From Candidatus Latescibacterota bacterium (GTDB lineage: Bacteria; Latescibacterota; UBA2968; UBA8231): a stretch of 64,000 bases of DNA. The stretch spans positions 768,001 through 832,000 of the forward strand of contig CBDCXV010000001.1 in assembly GCA_965223905.1 (NCBI GenBank), written 5' to 3'. Under the pieces are notes generated by a model. That model worked only from the letters and a program-made list of their open reading frames with translations, did not search any database and had not been told where the DNA came from. Of the stretch, positions 26,101-36,786 are shown piece by piece. How positions within the stretch are numbered: position 1 is the stretch's first letter; each line of letters starts with the position of its first letter. Both the position numbers and the translations under genes were made by a program.

Positions 26101-28560
26101 TCAAATCGCGAAGTTGAAGCCCAGGGTGGGGACGATCGGCAACTGCCTTATCACCTCCGCCCTGGTCTCGGGATTGAGCGCATCGAACTGCACGAACCAC
26201 TCGTTGCGCCGGCTGTAGAGATTGTAGATCTGCAAGTAGAGCTCGGCATCGAGACCCCACAGCCGAAACTCGCGGTTGGCGCTGGCGTCGAGGCGGTGGT
26301 AGGGCAGCAGGCGGGCGCTGTTGCGCCGGGCCGGCAGCACGTAGTCCTGCACCTCCCCGGTGGCCGGCTGGCGCAGGGTATAGCGGGCCGCGGCCGGGGT
26401 GAAGGCCTGCCCGGTGGCGTACACGAGGTTCGAGCCAAGGCGCCATTTTCCCGTCCGGTACGAGACCACGAAAGAGAGGTCGTGGCGGCGGTCGTACTTG
26501 GGGGGGAAGGGGAGGCCGCCGTTCAGCTCCGGGAAGGTCCGCCGCGTCCAGCCGAGGGTATAGCCCACCCAGCCGGTGAGAGCCCCGGTTCGCCGCTGCA
26601 GGAAGAGCTCGACCCCCCCGGCCCAGCCGCTGCCGCCGCTTTTGAACACGTCGTCGGACCGCGTCTCCTCGCTGCCGGCGGCCACGGCGTTGTCCAGGAC
26701 CACGAGATTGGCCAAGTCCGTGTAGTAACCCTCCAGGGAAAGTTGGTATCGGCGCGACGGGTTCCACTCGGTGCCGAGCACACCCTGCCAGGAGCGGCCC
26801 GGCTCGACGCTGCTGTCGAGCGGCACCCAGAAATCCCCGCCGCTGAAGGTCTCGGTGGTGACCAGCTGCAGGTACTGGCGGTACATCCCTCCGGCCGCCT
26901 TGACCCGGAGGTTCTCGGTCAGGGCGCGGCTCAGGGAAAGCCGCGGCGTGAAGTGCAGGCGGTTGCCGAGGCTGAACCAGGTGGCACGCCCCCCGAGCCG
27001 CAGCCTCGTCAAGGGGCCGGCCTGCCACTCGTCCTGGGCGTAGACGGAGACCATCACCGGTGCCTGGCGCAGGTCCGACTGCTCCTGCCGGTCGTCGGAT
27101 TGCTCCTGCCGGTCGTCGGACTGCACCTGGTTGTCGGATTGCTCCTGCCGGTCGTCGGACTGCACCTGGTTGTCGGATTGCTCCGGCTGGTTGTCAGACT
27201 GCTCCTGCTCGTTTTCGGACAGCTCCTGCTCGTTGAAGGACCGGGAATAGCGGAACTCGAACAGGGTGGCCAGGAAACCGAGGGTCAGGGTGTGGTCGCT
27301 GTTGGCGAAGTAGTCGACGTCCCCCTTGAGCGAAAGGTCGCGGATGCTGTTGGAGAAAAGGATCGGGGTGTCGAAGAAGCTGGCCAGGATGACGCTTTCG
27401 TAGGACGATCCCGCGGCCATGAAGTGCCCGAACAGGGCCGGCGAGAAGACCCGCGTCCAGCGCGCCGTCAGGGCGCGGTTGCCCCAGCGCAGGTCGAAGA
27501 AGGTCTCCTGCTCCTCTTCCCCAAAATCCACCCGCAGGTCGTCCTGCCCCCAGTAGGTGCTCGCCGTGAAGGTGTCGTCCCCGCGGCGCTGGTTCACCTT
27601 GCCGTTGAAATCGTAGAAGTAATAGTTCAGCGGGATGTCGAAATCGCCCGCGCGCAGGGCGCTGAAGATGCCGTCGAGGTAGGTGCGGCGGCCGGCCAGC
27701 ATCCACGACCCCTGTCCGACCGGCCCCTCGGTTAGCAGGCGGCTCGAGATCAGGCTGACGCCGCCGTGCGTGCTGGCGCGCTCGCGGTTGCCCTCGCGGT
27801 TGCTGACGTCGAGAACCGACCCCAAGGCACGGCCGTACGCGGCCGGGTACGCCCCCTTGTACAGCTGGACGTCCCTGATGGCGTCCGGATTGAAGGTCGA
27901 GAAGAACCCGAAGAGGTGGGAGGGGTTGTACAAGGGAATGTGGTCGAGCAGGATGGCGGTCTGGTCCGGGCCGCCGCCGCGTATGTACAGGCCGCTGCTG
28001 ACGTCGGAGACGGACTGGATCCCCGGCAGCAGCTGCAGGCTGCGCAGAAGGTCGGCCTCGCCGATGGCCGGCATCCGCTGCAGGGGCTCGACCGGCAGAC
28101 TGAGAAAGCTGCCCTGGGTGGCCTGCTCCAGCTCCATGCGTTCGGCCTCGACCACGGTTTCCTCTTCGAGGGCCAGCGGCCGGGGGACCAGGGACCAGTC
28201 CCGCCGCAGTTCACCCGTCTTCCCGAAACGCAGGGTGTCGCGGCCCGTATCGTAGCCTATGTAGGACACGGATACCGCGTAGGTGCCGGCCGGAATATCC
28301 TTGACGGCGTAGTAGCCGCTGCTGTTGCTCACCGCCCCGAGCCGGACCTCCTCGATCGCGATGGTAGCAAGGGGCAGGGCCTCGCCGTTCTCGGCGTCGG
28401 TCACGAAGCCCCCGAGGGTGGCCGCCTGCGCTTTTGCCGCGGCCAGCAGCAGCAAGGAAGCCAGCAACCGACCAGGATTTCCGGAGCTTCGGGTTCGTAT
28501 TCCCGAGGCGGCGGTTTCCGGGCGGCTGGCCCGGTGTCGTTTCGAAACCGGTTTTCTCAC
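26101..28560 (-). CDS. TonB-dependent receptor with carboxypeptidase-like N-domain
   Basis: 'GEADLLRSLQLLPG', 'GLYIRGGGPDQ', 'YNPSHLFGFFSTFN', 'YDRRHDLS', 'LLPYHRLD', 'LPIVPTLGFNF'. Start codon uncertain. Confidence 0.92.
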   Translation of the reverse strand: MRKPVSKRHRASRPETAASGIRTRSSGNPGRLLASLLLLAAAKAQAATLGGFVTDAENGEALPLATIAIEEVRLGAVSNSSGYYAVKDIPAGTYAVSVSYIGYDTGRDTLRFGKTGELRRDWSLVPRPLALEEETVVEAERMELEQATQGSFLSLPVEPLQRMPAIGEADLLRSLQLLPGIQSVSDVSSGLYIRGGGPDQTAILLDHIPLYNPSHLFGFFSTFNPDAIRDVQLYKGAYPAAYGRALGSVLDVSNREGNRERASTHGGVSLISSRLLTEGPVGQGSWMLAGRRTYLDGIFSALRAGDFDIPLNYYFYDFNGKVNQRRGDDTFTASTYWGQDDLRVDFGEEEQETFFDLRWGNRALTARWTRVFSPALFGHFMAAGSSYESVILASFFDTPILFSNSIRDLSLKGDVDYFANSDHTLTLGFLATLFEFRYSRSFNEQELSENEQEQSDNQPEQSDNQVQSDDRQEQSDNQVQSDDRQEQSDDRQEQSDLRQAPVMVSVYAQDEWQAGPLTRLRLGGRATWFSLGNRLHFTPRLSLSRALTENLRVKAAGGMYRQYLQLVTTETFSGGDFWVPLDSSVEPGRSWQGVLGTEWNPSRRYQLSLEGYYTDLANLVVLDNAVAAGSEETRSDDVFKSGGSGWAGGVELFLQRRTGALTGWVGYTLGWTRRTFPELNGGLPFPPKYDRRHDLSFVVSYRTGKWRLGSNLVYATGQAFTPAAARYTLRQPATGEVQDYVLPARRNSARLLPYHRLDASANREFRLWGLDAELYLQIYNLYSRRNEWFVQFDALNPETRAEVIRQLPIVPTLGFNFAI
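27073..27233 (-). repeat. In-frame coding tandem repeat (18/21-bp units; QEQSDDR/QVQSDN)
   Basis: Repeated (t)tgctcctgccggtcgtcgga and ctgcacctggttgtcgga units inside the TBDR. Confidence 0.9.
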
Positions 28561-28701
28561 GGTTCATCAAGATACGATACGCCCCCGCGATGTGACGAAG
28601 GCACCACTTGTTGGAGATGGGCCCCCGAAGGGCCGACCTTGTCTGCGATTTGAAGGATCTGTGCAGAGTTCCCGGATCCCCGATGCTCACCCGGTTCTTC
28701 C

Positions 28702-29692
28702 ATGGTGAAACGCCGTTCCGTATTTCTCCTGACAGTGGCGGCCATTTCGGCTGACGCCGTTGCGGTTGCCGCCCACGTAGGCGACCGTCTGTTTCCGATC
28801 CCGTACCTCTCGGAGGAGACCCTTGCCCGCCTCGACCTGGACGACGGCAGCGTGGAAGACTGGCTGGATGCCGTCGGTGAGCCGACCCTGACGCCCCTCG
28901 ACTTCAACCTGTGGTCGGATACGGAGACGACTTCGTACGACCAGCTCGATCCAGCCAACCTCGATTTCCGCATCTGGGTGGGATGGAGCCGGGACGGCCG
29001 GATCCACGTCGCCGGCGAGTTCGCCGACGACGTGTACGTGAACGAATACGACCCACTCGAATTCCCCAACTTTTTTTTCGACGCCCATGACAGCATGAGT
29101 TTTCTGATCGACGGAGATCACACGGGAGGAAAGTATATCTTTCTCAATCCGCCTGATTTGGACGAGTTGATGACGAACAGTCAAGCCCAAGGATACGACG
29201 CTATTGCCCGTGTTCCCGGAGGCCCGATGATCAGTTTGCATTTGACTACAGATGTGATTTTCGATGAGCAAGGCGAGCCGCCGGACTGGATGGTACGTCC
29301 CCCGTTCGCCGGCGGCGGAGGGGGGGGTGTTCGGCGAGAAACCCACTGTCTGGCTGATCGAGTTTTTCGTCACCAGCTTTGACCGCCTGCATCACCTGAG
29401 CCCCCCCGAGGAGAGTGTCGTATCCCGGTTGGCCGAAGGAAGGATCGTCGGGTTTGATGTCCGGGTCCGTGACTACGACATCGAACCCGACGGCCCAATG
29501 GCCTCGTACATGCTGGGTGAACCCAGTTATGAGGGTATCCGCAGACAAGCCAGCAATTGGGCGGACGGCCTGCTGCTCGGCCCCGGCGGGGGGTCGGGCG
29601 ACTCTGCGGTGCAATCCGACTCCTGGGGCCGCATCAAGGCATCCCTGGAAGTAGATCTTCTCAGCGAAGACTCCCATTCCCACAAGGACTGA
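28702..29692 (+). CDS. Secreted CBM9/DOMON-like protein with SWGRIKAS motif, frameshifted at G8 run 29320-29327
   Basis: 'LDDGSVEDW', 'FRIWVGWS', 'DDVY', 'DSMSFLIDGDHTGG'. Continues in a second frame 'VWLIEFFVTSFD...IVGFD...DYD...SDSWGRIKAS'. Confidence 0.7.
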
Positions 29693-29899
29693 GTCACCCG
29701 ACTGGCGGCTTCCCTGCCGCCCTGTCAATATTTCCACAGGGCACCGGGATCTCGTATAGTCCCCGATGGCGAATGGCATCGCGGGGTTTCCGGAGGCTGC
29801 TTCCTCGATCCCCGGGTTTGGACCAGGCAGAATCCTTGCCTGTGGCTTCGCAGTAAACTCTATCAACGGATACCAGTTCCAGTGACAGGAGACTTTGGG

Positions 29900-30752
29900 A
29901 TGCGAAACCTGTGCCGGACCGCCGCGGTGAATACGGCGCTGGTCGCCTCGGTCACGGCTTCTCCGGCCGCCGCGGCCGGCCCCAGCGCCGCGGACTTCAC
30001 CATGCACGTGCCGCTTCTGCTCGAAGCGCCGGCCATCGACGGCGACCTCTCCGAATGGAAGGAGCTGTCCTACACCGACGGCGTCTGGGACATGCAGCGG
30101 CTGCGCTACACTCCCTGGTTCGACGCCCGCATCAACCGGCTCACCGACCACGGGGACGAGCCTTCCTCCGAGGAGGATCTGCGGGCACGCTACTACATCG
30201 CCTGGGACAGGAAGTTTCTCTATCTCGGGGCTGAGGGCCGGGACAACGTCAACGACGTCGACGACCCGGAGCCGGGCAGGAACCGCTGGTGGTGCATGGA
30301 CGCGGTGGCCTGGTACATGGAAGCGCCGCGCGACGAGGCGCCCGAGTCGTTTCAGCCAGGGGGACAACGGTTTCTGCTTCGTCGTCGATCCGCGCAAGCC
30401 GGACTACGGTGCCTGGTGGATGCATGGCACTGCGGATACGACCTACATCCACGAGCCGCTCCCGAAGGCCGCGGTCGATTACGAGGTGCGGCTCGATCCC
30501 CTGGGGCGCGGCCGCGGCGATTTCGTTCTCGAGGCGCGCGTCGACATGGCGGCCACCTTCGGCGTCAGCGATCCCGACTGGCGACCCCCGGAGATTGGCG
30601 ACCTGTACAGCCTGGAGATCGTCCACACCGATCCGGACGGGGGCCGCTACGGCGGGCATTTCGTGCTCTACGGAAACGGCGACGACGACTCGACCTGGGG
30701 CAAGGTCGTCCTGGTGGGCCCGTCCGACCCGGTTGAGCGAAAACCGGAATAG
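29900..30752 (+). CDS. CBM9-like sugar-binding protein, frameshifted at G5 run 30359-30363
   Basis: 'PAIDGDLSEW', 'YYIAWDRKFLYLG...DNV', 'DAV.W'. Continues in a second frame 'GDNGFCFVVDP...FVLEARV...HTDPDG...WGKVVL'. Confidence 0.7.
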
Positions 30753-30881
30753 CCCGGCCCCGACCCATTTCTGCAGGCGCAGAGCGGGGATGAAACCGGG
30801 CCCGGCAAATGCCGGGCGCGAGAGCGGGCGGCCTCTTTGAGCGCACCCCACAGGAAATCAAAAAGCAGCGATGGAGACGGC

Positions 30882-31757
30882 ATGCAGATCGTTCTGAACT
30901 CGAAGTTCTTCTCCGGTCTTTCGGTTCCCGAGCTGGGCGACAAGGCGCTCGAACTGGGATACGACGGCATCGACGTCTGCGTCCGTCCGGGTCACCCGGT
31001 GCACGCCGTAAACGCCGCGGCCGAGCTTCCCGGGGCGGTGGCCGCCTGGGCCCGGCAGGGGCTCTCCTGCCCGCTGGCGACCGCGGCCACGGACTTCATC
31101 GATCCGGCCGCTCCCGGCGCGGAGAGCCTGTACGCGGCCTGCGCCGAGGCCGGCGTGCCGCGGCTGAAGATCGGCTTCTGGCGCTTTGCCCCGGGGGACG
31201 ACTACTGGCGGGCCGTCGATGCGGCGCGCAGGGATCTGGAGGGGTTCGCCAGGCTCAGCGAGAAGCACGGCGTTCAGACCTGCTACCAGGTCCACAGCGG
31301 GGCCTGCATCGGCTCGAACTGCGCCGGGCTGATGCACCTGATCCGGGGGTTCGACCCGCGCCTCGTCGGCGCCTATCCCGACCTCGGCCATCTCGCCCTC
31401 GACGGCGAGGACTGGGGGATGGGGCTGGCGATGGTCCGCGATCACCTCTCGGTCGTCGGGGTCAAGGACGCCATGTACCGCCGCGAGCCGGAGAGAAGGC
31501 CCCCGTGGAACCACTGCTTCGTCAAGGTGGGGGAGGGGTGCGTCGACTGGGACAGATGCCTCGGCATTCTGTGCGGCTTCGGGTTCGACGGGCCGCTGAC
31601 CGTGCATACGGAGTACCGCTTCGACGAGGCGATCATCCGGCAGGTGGGCTGGGCCGAAAGCTCGCCGCCGAACCTGGAGGAATGGGCAAGGGCGGACGCG
31701 GCGTACCTCAGGCGTGCGCTGGCCGCGCTGCGTCCGGCCGCCGCCGGCAAACAGTAA
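30882..31757 (+). CDS. Sugar phosphate isomerase/epimerase (xylose isomerase-like TIM barrel)
   Basis: 'LGYDGID..VRPG', 'YQVHSG', 'YPDLGH', 'VKD', 'GEGCVDW', 'FDGPLTVHTE'. Confidence 0.88.
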   Translation: MQIVLNSKFFSGLSVPELGDKALELGYDGIDVCVRPGHPVHAVNAAAELPGAVAAWARQGLSCPLATAATDFIDPAAPGAESLYAACAEAGVPRLKIGFWRFAPGDDYWRAVDAARRDLEGFARLSEKHGVQTCYQVHSGACIGSNCAGLMHLIRGFDPRLVGAYPDLGHLALDGEDWGMGLAMVRDHLSVVGVKDAMYRREPERRPPWNHCFVKVGEGCVDWDRCLGILCGFGFDGPLTVHTEYRFDEAIIRQVGWAESSPPNLEEWARADAAYLRRALAALRPAAAGKQ

Positions 31758-31767
31758 TCGAGGTGAC

Positions 31768-32580
31768 ATGCGACTGAACGAACAGCAGCTGCGGCACTTC
31801 CACACCTTCGGATACCTGATCGTCCGCAAGCTCCTTTCCCCCGCGGAGGTCGAGTGGGTCACCGAGGGGTTCGAGTGGTCGATCCGGAACCGCGGCGGCG
31901 GCAGCGGGCACGACGGCAGCCGCCGCACCATGTTCGGCGGCCCGATCGAGCATACCCGGCAGATGTGCACCCTACTCGACCACCCGGGGGTTCTCGGCCT
32001 GATCGGGGGGGTGATCGGAGAGGGCTTCAACTACTGCAGCGGCGACGGCAACTACTACGCCGGCGACACCCACTGGCATCCCGACGGCAGCTGGGGGCAG
32101 CTGTGGGCGACCAAGACCGCCTTCTACCTCGACGAGCTGAGGGCGGACAGCGGCTGTCTTCGGTTGATTCCGGGAAGCCATCGCCCCGACCACTTCGTCC
32201 GCAGGGAGGGGATCAACCCGAACGATTCCGAGGAGTTGTTCGGAGTCCCGGGGAGCGAGTTCCCCGGCAACGTCGCCATCGAAACCGATCCGGGAGACGT
32301 GGTCATCTTCAACCACGACCTCTACCACGCCTCCTTCGGCGGCGGCGGCCGCAGGCGCATGTTCACCATGAACTGCACCCGCCACGCCCGTACCCCCGAA
32401 GAGCACGACCTCGCCCGCAAGTACCTCTCCATCCACTCCCCGGGGAGGAACAAGGTCGACACCGGCGCCGGCATGTTCTATCCCACCATGGTCGACACCG
32501 CCGGCGAAAGCCGCATGGTCCATCTGTGTCAGGCGGCGCAAATCCACGACGAGCTGTTCCCGGAGTTCGCGCGCGGGTAG
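31768..32580 (+). CDS. PhyH family dioxygenase
   Basis: 'FHTFGYL', 'WHPD', 'YLD....SGCLRLIPGSH', 'PGDVVIFN..LYHAS'. Confidence 0.9.
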   Translation: MRLNEQQLRHFHTFGYLIVRKLLSPAEVEWVTEGFEWSIRNRGGGSGHDGSRRTMFGGPIEHTRQMCTLLDHPGVLGLIGGVIGEGFNYCSGDGNYYAGDTHWHPDGSWGQLWATKTAFYLDELRADSGCLRLIPGSHRPDHFVRREGINPNDSEELFGVPGSEFPGNVAIETDPGDVVIFNHDLYHASFGGGGRRRMFTMNCTRHARTPEEHDLARKYLSIHSPGRNKVDTGAGMFYPTMVDTAGESRMVHLCQAAQIHDELFPEFARG

Positions 32581-32630
32581 GGTCCCGGCGCAAATATGTC
32601 GCCATAAGACGCCGATCCATCCCCGGCTCC

Positions 32631-32686
32631 CGGCGTTGTTTTCACTCGCCGTACGCTCTCGGTACGACTCGCTCAGGCGCTTTGTC
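32631..32686 (+). repeat. Structured intergenic repeat (hairpin module)
   Basis: gcgttg...cgtacgctctcggtacgactcgctcaggcgctttg shares cggtacgactcgctcaggcgc exactly with 54627-54647. Confidence 0.75.
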
Positions 32687-32952
32687 AGCGGGGGGCCTCG
32701 GCGTCAGGTTCGCGGTCGGCCCGTGTCAGGCGGTGGGCACTTACGGGGGCAGGGAGCCGAATCCGGTTCAGAGCCCTGCCTCTCTCCTTCAAATCAAATA
32801 GCGGCTTTCGCCAAGGCTCGCGAACCGCAGCTTGGCCGCGCGTCGGCAGCACAGGTTCTAAGGGCAGCCCCCGTGCCGCTCACAGGAATCGGGCAGGGGT
32901 CTTTGCGACTGCTCTCCGGCCGGCAGGAGAACGATCCCGCGGGCCGTCAGAC

Positions 32953-33918
32953 CTACCCGGAGTACGGCGTCAGGTCGAGGCCCGGAAACAGCACCTCGAG
33001 GTTCGCCAGGGTGTCGCCGTCGTAGTACGGGTGGCCCGGAGGCGGCCATCCGAACAAGGTGCGCACCCGCGGTGTGGTGCTTTCCCAGAACGGCTTGATG
33101 TGCTCCCGCTCGGGACCGGTCCAGGGGTTGGCGAGCTTCGTCCAGCGGCTGGTGTCGGCGCGGCACATCGACAGGGTCCAGAAGGCGCGCTGCTTGCGCC
33201 GGTTCCGGAAGGGGACGGCGGCGTGCACGAGATAGGACGAGACGAACAGCGCCGACCCGGCATTGGCGGTGGTCGGCACCGGCGCGGCGAACTCCGGCAC
33301 CTTGCGAATGTCCTCTACGCTGCCGGAGGTGAGGTTGCCCTCCGCAGCCAGTCCCGGGAACAGCTCGACCACCTGATGGTGGGATCCGGGGATCACGTGC
33401 ATCGGCGCGCCGTCCTCCTCGATGTCGTGGAGGTAGACGCCGCAGTTGACGTAGTCGAAGGCGCCGACGCCGCGGCTCGGGGGCAGGAAGCAGTTGGTGT
33501 AGTGATCGATGTGGTATCCCTGCCAGGGGTGCTCGGGGTGGCGCTCGTCGGTGGGGCCGGAGCGCAGGAACAGGTGGGCGTTGCAGTAGCTGGCTTCCGC
33601 TCCCAGGCACTGCTCGAAGACATCGAGGTACTCGTCGTTCTCGATCAGCCTGTCGAGCGCATCTGCCCCGGTCGGGAACTGGGCGCGCCCGTGCTCGGTG
33701 TTGCCGTAATGGGGCACGGCGACGGTCGGGACCGGCTCGACCGAGTCGGCCTTCCCCCCGGAGTCGAGAGCGGCGAGGTGGTCGTCGAAGCTCTTGCCGT
33801 AGAAAATCTTCTCCATCTCGTCGAGAGCGGCCCCGACCTCGGCGGAGGAGAAAAGGCCGGGAACCAGGATGTAGCCGTCGCGCCGGAAGTCGGCGAGTTG
33901 GCTTGCGGTCAGTGGCAT
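32953..33918 (-). CDS. PhyH family dioxygenase
   Basis: 'LTASQLADFRRDGYIL', 'YHID', 'YLHDI...GAPMHVIPGSH', 'LVHAA'. Confidence 0.88.
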   Translation of the reverse strand: MPLTASQLADFRRDGYILVPGLFSSAEVGAALDEMEKIFYGKSFDDHLAALDSGGKADSVEPVPTVAVPHYGNTEHGRAQFPTGADALDRLIENDEYLDVFEQCLGAEASYCNAHLFLRSGPTDERHPEHPWQGYHIDHYTNCFLPPSRGVGAFDYVNCGVYLHDIEEDGAPMHVIPGSHHQVVELFPGLAAEGNLTSGSVEDIRKVPEFAAPVPTTANAGSALFVSSYLVHAAVPFRNRRKQRAFWTLSMCRADTSRWTKLANPWTGPEREHIKPFWESTTPRVRTLFGWPPPGHPYYDGDTLANLEVLFPGLDLTPYSG

Positions 33919-34027
33919 GGGGGTTTCTCCCTGGGGAATCCGCGGTAGGGCGGGCGCCCGCGGCAGGACTCGAGTGCTTTCGCCTCTCTTGGGAAACGGC
34001 GGCAAGGTACGGGACCTCGGCAGGACA

Positions 34028-35378
34028 TCAACGCCGGCGCGGCGATGGCCCCCCGCCCCGGTGCCGTGCCCAAGCGCTGCGGCCGCCGCCACCGGCAGCC
34101 TCGGAAGAGCGGTCCGCATCGAGGGTGAACCGTTCGTCCTGCCGCGGCGCGAGCCCGAAGAAGGCGGCCATGATCGCGCCGCTGGCTAACCGCGCTGCCC
34201 CTGCGAGGCCGAAGGCCGCCCAGTACCCGTGCTCGAGGATCAACATTCCTCCGAAGATGCTGCCGGCGAAGCTGAAGATCTGGAACCCGCAGACGCGGAA
34301 CCCCTGGATGCGGGCCCAGTAGCGGCGCGGCAGAACCCGGGTGGAGAAGTGCTGGTCGGAGGGGTTGTCGATCACCTCCCCGGCGCGCACGAGCAGGAAC
34401 ATCGCCACCGCCACGGGCAGGCTGATGACGGCGCCCATGACGGCGACGGCGCCGCCGCCGACCGTGCGGGCGCAGAGGATCGCCGCGGTCGCTCCCAGCC
34501 GGCGCACCAGCGAGGGTGCTCCGAAGGTTACGGGCAGGCTCACGAGCTGGCTGAGAAAGAAAATCGCCCCGATCGCCGCGGGCCCGACCCGCAGCTCCTC
34601 TTCGAAGAAGACGTTGAAGAACGGGTAGGTCAGCCCCATCGAGAAGCCGCGGCTGGCGCTCAGGGAGGCGATGGCGGTGTAGACGCGCCAGGGCGGGTCG
34701 CCTTCGGCGTCCGGTTCTTCAGGCCGCACTTGAGCGGGAAGCGGGGGAGCGGTCCTTCCCGCGACCGCCAGCAGGGGCAGCGCCGCGGCCAGGGAAAAGA
34801 AAGCCCCGAGCAGCAGCGAGTAGCGGAACGGCTCCGGCATCTCCGTGGAAGAGCCGAGGAACCAGGCCAGGGCCCCGGGCATGATGCCCCCCCGCCATGC
34901 TGAGCATCATGCGGATCACTACCTGCAGGGCCGTCCAGATCACCAGGGCCTCGGCGCGCCGCGAGGGGTGGGCGTTGTCGGAGAGAAAGGGGACGTGGTT
35001 GACCCAGATGCAGGCCGAGCCCAGGCCGCCGACGAAAGAGAAGGCCAGCAGGGCTCCGGGGGCGCCGGCGAAGCAGAGCCCCAGCTGCGAAACGGTCAGC
35101 AGCAGACTCGATCCCACCAGGAACGCCTTGCGGCCGAAGCGGTCGCTCAGCATGCCGGCAGGGAGAGCGAGAAGACCGGTGGCCAGCGGCGCCATGCCGG
35201 CGACCTGGCCGATGAAGTCCTCCTGGTATCCCAGGCGCAGCAGGTAGAGGTTGTAGAGCAGCGAGAACAGCGCCATGCCGGCGTTGATCGAGATGCCGTA
35301 GAGAAAGAACAACCGGACGTTGCGGTTGAACTCGCGCAGGTGGAAACCGCTGAGGGTGGCGGCGATGGACAGGGGCAT
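34028..35378 (-). CDS. MFS transporter, frameshifted at G7 run (34887-34893)
   Basis: 'LYNLYLL.LG', 'GMLSDRFGRK' motif A. Second half 'PFFNVFF...' in another frame; removing one G restores a single ORF. Confidence 0.8.
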
Positions 35379-35754
35379 CGGTTACCGGAGGCAGAGCGCC
35401 GTGGTCATGGCTTTCCACGCTGCGCCGGCAGTGGACGGCCCCGGGGCGCAAGGGAGCAGGGCAGGCCGCGAAGTACCCGGTGCCTGAGGCTCTCTCCGGC
35501 GGCGGCAGGGCCGCGCACCCGGTAACGGTCCGGGTCGAGACGGACGCTCTCGCCGGCGCACCATACCGCAACATCCTCGCCGGTATTGCGGAGTGCGCCG
35601 CCATTCCCGGTGAAAAGGGAGGCGACGCCAACGGCGAACCAGGTGGACCGGCCGCCTCCTAAGGCTGCCGGAACTCCGCGGGAAATCGTCGGGGATGGGA
35701 CAGGCGGGCGGCAGGATGGCCGCCCCGGCTTTCTTCACGGGTCCGAGCCTGCCC

Positions 35755-36717
35755 TCACCCTGTCAGGATCTGGGAGAGCAGGCCCGGCTCGACGTTGCCG
35801 CCGCTGACGACGGCCACCGCGGTTTCGCCGGCGGGCAAGCGGTCGCGGCGGAACATCCACGCCGCCGCGGCGACGGCGCCGCTCGGCTCGGCCACCAGGC
35901 GGGCGTCGAGAACGATGCGCCGCATCGCTTCGGCGATCTCCTCCTCGCTGACGGTGACGACGTCGTCGACGAACGCCGTCATGTGCTCGAAGGGGATGGC
36001 GCCGACGCGGGTGGCGCGCAGGCCGTCGGCCATGGTCCGGCGCGTCTGGGCGAGCTCGAAATGGACGATCTCGCCGCGCTCGAAGCTCGCCCTCGCGTCT
36101 CCTGCCAGCTCCGGCTCGACGCCTACGACCCTGGCGCCCGAGCCGCTGAGCCCGATCGCCGCGGCCACGCCGCTCAGCAGGCCGCCGCCGCCGATGGGGG
36201 CGAGAACGAGATCCGCCTGCGGGAGATCCTCGCAGATCTCGAGGCCCGTTGTGCCCGCCCCGGCGATGATGGTCTCGTCGTCGAAGGGAGGAACCATCGC
36301 GTATCCGTGTTCCGCGGCCATTACCTCGGCCGCCATGCGCCAGTCCTCCTCCGACCCCTCGGCCAGCTCGACGATTTCGGCGCCGAGCCGCCGCGTCTTC
36401 CGCTTCTTGACCTCCGGGGCGATCGCCGGCATGGCGATCGTCGCCTTCACCCCGAGCGCCTGCGCCGCGTAGGCGACCCCCTGGGCGTGATTGCCGCTGG
36501 AGAAGGCGATCACCCCGCGCTTTTTCTCTTCCGCGGTCAGCGAGGCGATCTTGTTGTACGCCCCGCGCAGCTTGAAGGCCCCTACGGGCTGCAGGTTCTC
36601 CGCCTTCAGGTACAGAGGCTCCGACGTCGAGCCGTCATGGAGGGGGACAAGCGGGGTGCGCAGCACCACGCCTTCGATGCGGTTCCTGGCTTCCTGGAGA
36701 TCGGCGAGGGTGATCAT
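35755..36717 (-). CDS. Threonine/serine dehydratase (PLP fold II)
   Basis: 'LKAENLQPVGAFKLRGA', 'SSGNHAQG', 'PIGGGGL', 'EPSGA', 'SGGNV'. Confidence 0.93.
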   Translation of the reverse strand: MITLADLQEARNRIEGVVLRTPLVPLHDGSTSEPLYLKAENLQPVGAFKLRGAYNKIASLTAEEKKRGVIAFSSGNHAQGVAYAAQALGVKATIAMPAIAPEVKKRKTRRLGAEIVELAEGSEEDWRMAAEVMAAEHGYAMVPPFDDETIIAGAGTTGLEICEDLPQADLVLAPIGGGGLLSGVAAAIGLSGSGARVVGVEPELAGDARASFERGEIVHFELAQTRRTMADGLRATRVGAIPFEHMTAFVDDVVTVSEEEIAEAMRRIVLDARLVAEPSGAVAAAAWMFRRDRLPAGETAVAVVSGGNVEPGLLSQILTG

Positions 36718-36786
36718 CGTTCGGGTGACAGGAGGTTTGTCGCGGCTGCCGAATATCGTAGCATTGGACGCCAAAGGAGAAGGAGA

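Noticed and set aside
27073-27233. CRISPR array
   Set aside because: The units are contiguous, in-frame coding repeats without unique spacers, and no cas genes are present.
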